Positions 58,338 through 64,000 of a stretch of 64,000 nt of DNA are shown here, piece by piece. Origin of the DNA: Planctomycetales bacterium (GTDB lineage Bacteria > 4484-113); NCBI GenBank assembly GCA_037441675.1, contig JBBIRS010000001.1:101428-165427 (forward strand), written 5' to 3'. A program made the position numbers and the translations under genes. Every line of letters starts with the position of its first letter. The first letter of the stretch is position 1. A model generated the notes under the pieces. That model was not told where the DNA came from. It saw nothing but the letters and a program-made list of their open reading frames with translations, and ran no database searches.

Positions 58338-59666
58338 TTAGCCAACTTCCTCATCTAACTCCGCTTGAACAAGTCTAATACGATTTCTCTCAACCAAAAG
58401 AATCGTAAATTTAACTCCCGCAAAATAAACTACGTCCCCTTTCTTGGGTATTTTGCCGAACTTAGCGTAAAGAAGCCCGCCAATGGTGTCATACTCATCA
58501 CTATCTATGTTTACGCCCGTAATTTCGTTAAACTCATCAATAGAAACTATTGCGTTCACTACAAAACTGCCATCCGAGTTTTTCTGTATTAGTTCAGCTT
58601 CTGGCATATCGTATTCATCATGAATTTCTCCGACGATTTCCTCTAAAATGTCTTCAATTGTAACGAGCCCGGAGACGCCTCCATATTCGTCAGAAACAAT
58701 TGCCATATGCGTCTTATCGCGCTGTAAATCGTGTAATAGCTCATCAATAGGTTTGCTCTCAGGGACGAACATCGCCGGTGCTAATATATCCTCTATCTTA
58801 CCCATTTCCCGATTCTTTGCTATCGCTTTCATAAGGTTGCGTATGTGTAATATGCCAATAATGTTGTCAATTGAGTGGCTATATACGGGAAATCTCGAGT
58901 AAGGTGCTTCGGAGATTTCGCTAAGTATCTTTTCAGGCTCATCTTCAGCATCAATGGCAATAATGTCAACCCGCGGTGTCATAATTTCTTTTGCGGTTTT
59001 CTCACCCATTTCAAATATGGCTGAAATCATTTCCTTTTCTCTATGCTCTAGTTCCTCTTCTTCAGCTGCGGTTGTCTCATAAATGTTCAAATCGTGCATA
59101 CCTAGCTTTTCTGGAAGCTTAGCCAGGTTGCTTGTAAGATTCGCTAGGCTTGCTGGAATTGCGACAAGAGGGCTTAAAGCTTTTTGCAAGAGATAGATTA
59201 ACTTGGCATTCTTTATTAAGAAATCTGTTCCTGCAAGAAGAAGTATCGGCAGAAGGCATCCAAATAAACCAAAGACAAACCCCGAGAGTAAGAAAGCAAT
59301 TAAACCAATTAGCGCTAAATGAATGCCCGCCTCAATTCCGCCACGGCTGATTAGATAAAAAAGGCCCAAGGTCATAAGTAGAACCCCAAGAGTTAGAGAT
59401 ATGAAAGCTCCTCCAGCAATAGCTAAAGTGGTTCTAGCGGGCTTGCGAAGCATTCGCCGTAGACGATTAATGTCCTTATTTTCGCCCGTTTCTTCAAAGG
59501 GTGCGATTTCGCCTGGGTCAACACTAAGCAGGCTTGCAAAGGCTGTAGAGGTAAAGGCAGAAACCAGAAGCAATAGCACTATCCCACCCCCAACCATTAG
59601 GCTGTTAAGTGCAGTAGTCTGCACGATTCCCACAGCGATGATTGTTTCTAAGGGCTCAGTGTCCAA
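58338..59666 (-). CDS. CorC/HlyC-family (CNNM-type) transporter: DUF21, CBS pair and CorC_HlyC domain
   Basis: N-terminal TM DUF21, CBS pair KEIMTPRVDII...IIGILHIRNL, and C-terminal transporter-associated domain. Confidence 0.8.
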   Translation of the reverse strand: MDTEPLETIIAVGIVQTTALNSLMVGGGIVLLLLVSAFTSTAFASLLSVDPGEIAPFEETGENKDINRLRRMLRKPARTTLAIAGGAFISLTLGVLLMTLGLFYLISRGGIEAGIHLALIGLIAFLLSGFVFGLFGCLLPILLLAGTDFLIKNAKLIYLLQKALSPLVAIPASLANLTSNLAKLPEKLGMHDLNIYETTAAEEEELEHREKEMISAIFEMGEKTAKEIMTPRVDIIAIDAEDEPEKILSEISEAPYSRFPVYSHSIDNIIGILHIRNLMKAIAKNREMGKIEDILAPAMFVPESKPIDELLHDLQRDKTHMAIVSDEYGGVSGLVTIEDILEEIVGEIHDEYDMPEAELIQKNSDGSFVVNAIVSIDEFNEITGVNIDSDEYDTIGGLLYAKFGKIPKKGDVVYFAGVKFTILLVERNRIRLVQAELDEEVG

Positions 59667-60153
59667 AGTTTTCTACCTCTACCTTGAAATACTCAAATAT
59701 CTTCCTCTCTAGTTTGCTCATCTTATGGTAATCAGCCTTTCTATGATGGTCTAACCCAAGTAAATGAAGAATACCATGACAACATACCGCAAAGAACTCA
59801 TCCTCTTCACTGTTCTTGTTTCTATTAGCTTGCCTTCTCACTTGACTGAGATTCACAACAACATCTCCCAATAAAAGCGGGTTTCTATGAGCCTTAATCC
59901 TAACGCCAAGTTTGCCCTCTTCTTCCAAATGGTTTTCTATATTATCCATAGGAAAGGATAGAATATCCGTAATCGCATCTTTACCGCAAAATTCCTTATT
60001 CAAACTCCGTATGTACTTATCCCCGCATACCATAATGCCCAATTCGTCATCAGAGCTCATTCCTAGTTTACCTATAAGATTTCTAATCTTTTCCTCAATA
60101 CATTTTCTAAAACTAGGGATTTTTCTTATTTGCCATCGGAAGATTAGCCCCAT
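59656..60153 (-). CDS. ybeY: rRNA maturation endoribonuclease YbeY
   Basis: HGILHLLGLDH zinc-binding motif; conserved ybeY-corC gene pair. Confidence 0.85.
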   Translation of the reverse strand: MGLIFRWQIRKIPSFRKCIEEKIRNLIGKLGMSSDDELGIMVCGDKYIRSLNKEFCGKDAITDILSFPMDNIENHLEEEGKLGVRIKAHRNPLLLGDVVVNLSQVRRQANRNKNSEEDEFFAVCCHGILHLLGLDHHRKADYHKMSKLERKIFEYFKVEVENFGH

Positions 60154-60197
60154 CGTTCAGATTTAATTATACACGACCATTTTCTAAATATCTAAGG

Positions 60198-61499
60198 ATG
60201 TATCATAAGTATAATCCTATGCCAAATCTTTCTATTCCATACGGCAAGAGCTACTCCATCTTCCCTCTAGAATGTACTGGCTTGCAAATTGTTGAGTTAA
60301 AACCCGACATCACAACATTTTCGAGTGACTTCGTTTCTAATCTGCGTGAATCCTTAAGCTTCCCCGTTGGTTCTACTCCGCTTACCCACTTTATGCGTGA
60401 AGCCAAAAAAGTTCTTCTAGTTCTTTCTGACCCAACTCGTAAACTATCGTATGAATGCTGGCTTCATATTCTTCTTGAAGAAATTAGGAGAAGCATTTCC
60501 TCTTCTTCTCGGGTATTTTCAATAATTGGAACTGGCACTCACAGGGCATACTCTCATCAAAATATCCTAGAATTCCTGGGAACTGAAATTGATTATCTGA
60601 TACACGATTGCGATAATGAGCCCTCACTTGTTTATCTTGGAAAGAGCTCCAGAGGCACCGAGTTTGTCGTTAACAAGCTACTTACAGAAGTAGACGCCAT
60701 TGTTACAACGGCTAGTATCACTTTTCATTACTTCTCGGGCTTTACCGGTGGCATTAAGGCAATATTTCCCGGCTTAGGTGGTCGTGACGCAATAACGTAC
60801 AACCATAGCTTGTCCCTAGTTCCGCAAAAGGGAGAGTTTCATCCCGCCTGCCGTCCAGGCAACCTGAATAACAATCCTGTTTACGAAGATTTCCTAGAGA
60901 TAGTTAAGCTACTGCCACCTATATTTTCCGTTAATGTCATTCTTGACCTTGCTGGCAATCCCATTGCGTTTTTCTCAGGCGACCCAATTTCCGCACACCG
61001 GGAAGGGTGCATGTATTATTCAAGGCACTTTTCCGCAAGAACTTCAGAGGCTCTTCAATACGTAATTTTGAGTGCTGGTGGATACCCCAGGGATATAAGC
61101 CTTTACCAAGCCCACAAAGCCCTCAAATCCGTTGAGTTTGCCTTAGCAGAACAAGCTGAGATTTTTTTCTTTGCAGAATGCACCGAGGGGCTAGGACATC
61201 CTGCCTTTCACCGATGGGAAGGTAGCACAAAGGTAGACGTTGTAAAACGACTTAAGAAGGGTTACGAGCCTTTAGCTCACCTAGTTCTCTCCCTTCTAAA
61301 CTTGGCAGAGAAGCACAATATCTATGTCATTTCTTCCCTACCTCCAGACGATCTTTTGTCCTTTGGAATGATCCCATTGGGGAAAGATGAGATTGGGCGT
61401 GAAATAGCTAAGAGTATAGCCATCTCCTCAAGAAGCGAGAAGATATTTGTTCAGCCTTTTGGGGCAGAAGTGTTAGTGAGCAGAGAGATAATGAATTAG
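60198..61499 (+). CDS. LarA-family (DUF2088) nickel-pincer-dependent racemase/epimerase homolog
   Basis: GTGTHRAY, FHYFSGFTGGIKAIFPG (an HxxxGFSGGxK-type motif with the cofactor-tethering Lys) and a downstream NHS. Confidence 0.55.
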   Translation: MYHKYNPMPNLSIPYGKSYSIFPLECTGLQIVELKPDITTFSSDFVSNLRESLSFPVGSTPLTHFMREAKKVLLVLSDPTRKLSYECWLHILLEEIRRSISSSSRVFSIIGTGTHRAYSHQNILEFLGTEIDYLIHDCDNEPSLVYLGKSSRGTEFVVNKLLTEVDAIVTTASITFHYFSGFTGGIKAIFPGLGGRDAITYNHSLSLVPQKGEFHPACRPGNLNNNPVYEDFLEIVKLLPPIFSVNVILDLAGNPIAFFSGDPISAHREGCMYYSRHFSARTSEALQYVILSAGGYPRDISLYQAHKALKSVEFALAEQAEIFFFAECTEGLGHPAFHRWEGSTKVDVVKRLKKGYEPLAHLVLSLLNLAEKHNIYVISSLPPDDLLSFGMIPLGKDEIGREIAKSIAISSRSEKIFVQPFGAEVLVSREIMN

Positions 61500-61566
61500 T
61501 CCTTTATTAAATTCACGAACATTCTCGCAACCAAGCTAAGTTTCCATTTTTCTAACGCGCTTTCGC

Positions 61567-61595
61567 TTTACATCACACAAATCTCAGGGTAATAT
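61567..61595 (+). promoter_or_regulatory. candidate promoter for tRNA-Gln
   Basis: TTTACA, a 17-nt spacer, then TAATAT, ending 13 nt upstream of the tRNA 5' end. Confidence 0.4.
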
Positions 61596-61608
61596 AACTC
61601 AAGGTGGT

Positions 61609-61679
61609 TGGGGAGTCGTCTAATGGTAGGACAGTGGACTCTGGATCCATTAGTCGGGGTTCGAATCCCTGCTCCCCAG
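61609..61679 (+). tRNA. tRNA-Gln (anticodon CTG)
   Basis: Manual fold: acceptor TGGGGAG/CTCCCCA with the U1-A72 typical of bacterial tRNA-Gln, discriminator G, anticodon stem GTGGA/TCCAT, loop CTCTGGA, T-arm CGGGG-TTCGAAT-CCCTG. Confidence 0.7.
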
Positions 61680-61762
61680 CGCCGAATACCTTCAATCCTC
61701 TTTTTTGCAATGGGTAATAGGTGTGAATTCCTAGTTTCTAGGACTATTCTAAATTACATAAC

Positions 61763-62923
61763 TTAATTACATAACTTATGAGCATTTTTTTCGAGCCAAA
61801 CCTCAGCCCCCCCACAACTTCTTACCCTAAAACTTCTTATTTTCAATCCATACTTCTCAAAGTATTCATTTGAAAGAATTGGCAGATAGCCCTCTATACT
61901 TCCTTGTTCAACCAGGGCAAGAGCGGAACCACCAAATCCGCCTCCAACAATTCTACTACCAAAGACAGCTTCCTTTGCGTTGAGCCAATCAACTATAAAG
62001 TCTATCTCAGGAGTGCTCACCTCGTAATCAATTTTCAAGCTATTATGTGATTCTGATAAGAGTTTTCCCATTCGAGAAACATCTCCATTTTCTAGCGCTT
62101 CTGCAAAGTGCAGCACGCGATTATCCTCTGTAATGACGTGCCTTAATCTCCTAGCGGAGATATTATCAAGAGTAGGGAGAAGTTCAAGCGTTTCATTCTT
62201 GACCTCCCACAAAGACTTACCCTTCGGAAAATTAGTCATGATCTTCATAATAGCTTCTTCTGTCTCAGCCCTTCTCTTGTTGTATCCGCTTTGCGCGAGA
62301 GCTCTTGGTTTTCCACTATCAATTACAAAAAGTTCAGCTGTTCCAAAATTTGCGGGAATTTTCACATAGGTATTGTCATGACAGTTTAGAACAATAGCCA
62401 TATTTTCTTCGCCTAATATTGAGACAAAAGGGTCCATCAACCCGCACTTTGTCCCTAGAGCCCTATATTCTGCATTAACGCACAACTCCGTCAATGCAAC
62501 TGGACTTAGCTCTTTCTCGCCTTTCAAGGCTATAGCCGCTTCCACAACTGCCACACTGAACGCAGCTGAACTAGACAAGCCAGCCCCTATTGGCAGGTCA
62601 CTGTCAACATAAATATGAATCGGAGGAAACTTTAATTCTTCCAAGATTTCTTCAACCAACTCTCTAGCTGACCGGAGGTTATCCTCATCGGCTGGTATAT
62701 TTTTTGAGCTCAGTTGTCTGCTGAAGAGTATTGTTTTACCGTCCTTGGCTATACCAATAGCCGCACCCACACCCAAATTTATTGACATAGGTAGAACATG
62801 TCCGCCCACGTAATCTATATGTTCTCCGATGAGATTTATTCTTCCTGGCGCCCTTGCCATCACTTGAGGTTTAACGCCAAAATGCCTCTTGAAACCAGCT
62901 TCTAGCTTTTCCCACGATATCAT
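61763..62923 (-). CDS. galK: galactokinase
   Basis: Galactokinase signature APGRINLIGEHIDY; GHMP kinase motif PIGAGLSSSAA. Confidence 0.88.
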   Translation of the reverse strand: MISWEKLEAGFKRHFGVKPQVMARAPGRINLIGEHIDYVGGHVLPMSINLGVGAAIGIAKDGKTILFSRQLSSKNIPADEDNLRSARELVEEILEELKFPPIHIYVDSDLPIGAGLSSSAAFSVAVVEAAIALKGEKELSPVALTELCVNAEYRALGTKCGLMDPFVSILGEENMAIVLNCHDNTYVKIPANFGTAELFVIDSGKPRALAQSGYNKRRAETEEAIMKIMTNFPKGKSLWEVKNETLELLPTLDNISARRLRHVITEDNRVLHFAEALENGDVSRMGKLLSESHNSLKIDYEVSTPEIDFIVDWLNAKEAVFGSRIVGGGFGGSALALVEQGSIEGYLPILSNEYFEKYGLKIRSFRVRSCGGAEVWLEKNAHKLCN

Positions 62924-64000
62924 TCCGCGAAGTATAAGATGCCCATATCCCAGTACTTCCAGACAATGCTACCGCCCGATGCCGGCCATTTCATGAAAAA
63001 CATCATTTCGCTTATCGCATCGTCCCAATCCGTGTAGAAGGTGACAAATCCTGCTACCGAGTGAGGACTATTATTCAAGTGTGGCAGGGACTTAAACGGC
63101 ATACGGAGAATGAATCTATACTTCTCATTAGTAATTTCTGTTTGAGCAGTAGCGTCTTTGACCTGTCCCCAAAAGCCTAGCCCACCACTTGGCGTCTCTC
63201 CGCCCATCCTCGTTACCTCTGGTTTTTCCATTAGTAAGTTGGCAAAAACCCAAAAGTCGTCTTTATTCCACTTATTGAACCCAGTTGGACCCTCGGAATA
63301 ATCCCATTCCGTCGTATTATTTAGAGCATTAAATACAAAATTTATTCGGTCGCTATCCCAGGTTCCTCCAACTCGGATTTTGTCATCTACAATCTCTCCC
63401 CATACGTAAAGATTTTCATCATCATATCCAAAGCAAATCTTACCAAGAAGGTCTTTCTCGCCATCCCGTTCACCCTGCACAGAGTGAGAAAATTCTTGAG
63501 TGAAAACATCTCGCATCACCAAATTTGAAAATTCTTCTATTTTTGGTTCAAAAGTTACCTTGCGAGCTACTAGCATTACTCGTGACGATTTTTCATCAAC
63601 CTGTGACCATTCAATTCTCGCTGTTTCAGCTGATTCAACGGTTTTCATTTTTATCTTTACCGGTATTCTTCCTCCTCTATACAGATACACGTATTGAGGG
63701 ATTTTGCCCTCGGAAATGATATAGGTTTCACCCCTAATAGGTAAAAATCTCACAGTGCCCTCTGCCTCCCAGATAACTGGTGCTAGTGGTTCTAGCCTTT
63801 TCTCATTACGGATCAGTCTCGCAGTTCCCGGGGGATCACCGTAACAGCCCACGACAAATTCAACTCCCTCCGCAGTTATCTCCAATGGTAGTCGATGAAT
63901 GAAACTAAAGCTTCCACCTCTAGATAGCCGTGTAACGTTGATGAGAAGTGTATGCATTCCCGGAGGCAGTTCTGGAAGAGTGCAAGAAAAGACATTTCTT
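62920..64000 (-). CDS. hypothetical protein with a CBM9/DOMON-like carbohydrate-binding segment; the ORF stays open to the window edge, so the N-terminus is probably outside the window
   Basis: DLLGKICFGYDDENLYVWGEIVDDKIRVGGTWDSDRINFVFNA resembles family 9 carbohydrate-binding modules; no stop codon upstream of the Met at 63957 within the window. Confidence 0.35.
   Translation of the reverse strand, partial: RNVFSCTLPELPPGMHTLLINVTRLSRGGSFSFIHRLPLEITAEGVEFVVGCYGDPPGTARLIRNEKRLEPLAPVIWEAEGTVRFLPIRGETYIISEGKIPQYVYLYRGGRIPVKIKMKTVESAETARIEWSQVDEKSSRVMLVARKVTFEPKIEEFSNLVMRDVFTQEFSHSVQGERDGEKDLLGKICFGYDDENLYVWGEIVDDKIRVGGTWDSDRINFVFNALNNTTEWDYSEGPTGFNKWNKDDFWVFANLLMEKPEVTRMGGETPSGGLGFWGQVKDATAQTEITNEKYRFILRMPFKSLPHLNNSPHSVAGFVTFYTDWDDAISEMMFFMKWPASGGSIVWKYWDMGILYFAE

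Noticed and set aside
360-61679. tRNA genes as integration hot spots (tRNA-His, tRNA-Gln) flanked by mobile DNA
   Set aside because: No integrase, transposase, direct-repeat att duplicate or compositional island is adjacent to either tRNA. The flanking genes are housekeeping.
61752-61777. Tandem 13-nt direct repeat (aattacataactt x2) near tRNA-Gln and galK
   Set aside because: It straddles the galK stop codon in an AT-rich region. There are only two copies with no spacer structure, so it is not CRISPR-like or att-like.
62920-63957. Identity of the gene downstream of galK as galT or galM
   Set aside because: It lacks the GalT HxHxQ motif and the GalM epimerase motifs. Its sequence instead resembles a CBM9/DOMON-type binding module.

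Overview
This 64 kb window is a gene-dense chromosomal segment from a low-to-moderate GC bacterium and is dominated by housekeeping genes. These include hisS, ffh, secG, alr, priA, coaBC, rpoZ, gmk, ruvB, def, dnaE, gyrA, aroQ, nth, ybeY, corC and galK, plus two tRNAs (tRNA-His GTG and tRNA-Gln CTG). Several genes mark a diderm envelope of the Terrabacteria type: an OmpM-like porin with an S-layer-homology (SLH) domain, an mlaEFD operon with a long MlaD fused directly to a 1548-aa TamB-like protein, and a PPIase of the SurA/PrsA type. The gmk-rpoZ-coaBC-priA-def gene order is Firmicute-like. Accessory content includes a locus with a MoxR AAA+ ATPase, a DUF58 protein and a transglutaminase-like membrane protein (TgpA), whose DUF4129 and DUF4350 partners sit 20 kb away next to alr and priA. 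It also includes an orphan DUF58, two adjacent lipoproteins (one PLD-like with degenerate HKD motifs and a poly-Gly tail, one with NHL repeats and CarbopepD-like domains), a lipoprotein with dockerin and PQQ-propeller domains, a YdjC-family deacetylase, a LarA-family protein and an M19 dipeptidase. Two genes look disrupted. priA is split by a frameshift at an A9 homopolymer and has lost its helicase ATPase motifs. hutU (urocanase) carries two in-frame stop codons 21 nt apart. I found no CRISPR array, no integrase or transposase, and no recognisable defence or toxin-antitoxin system.
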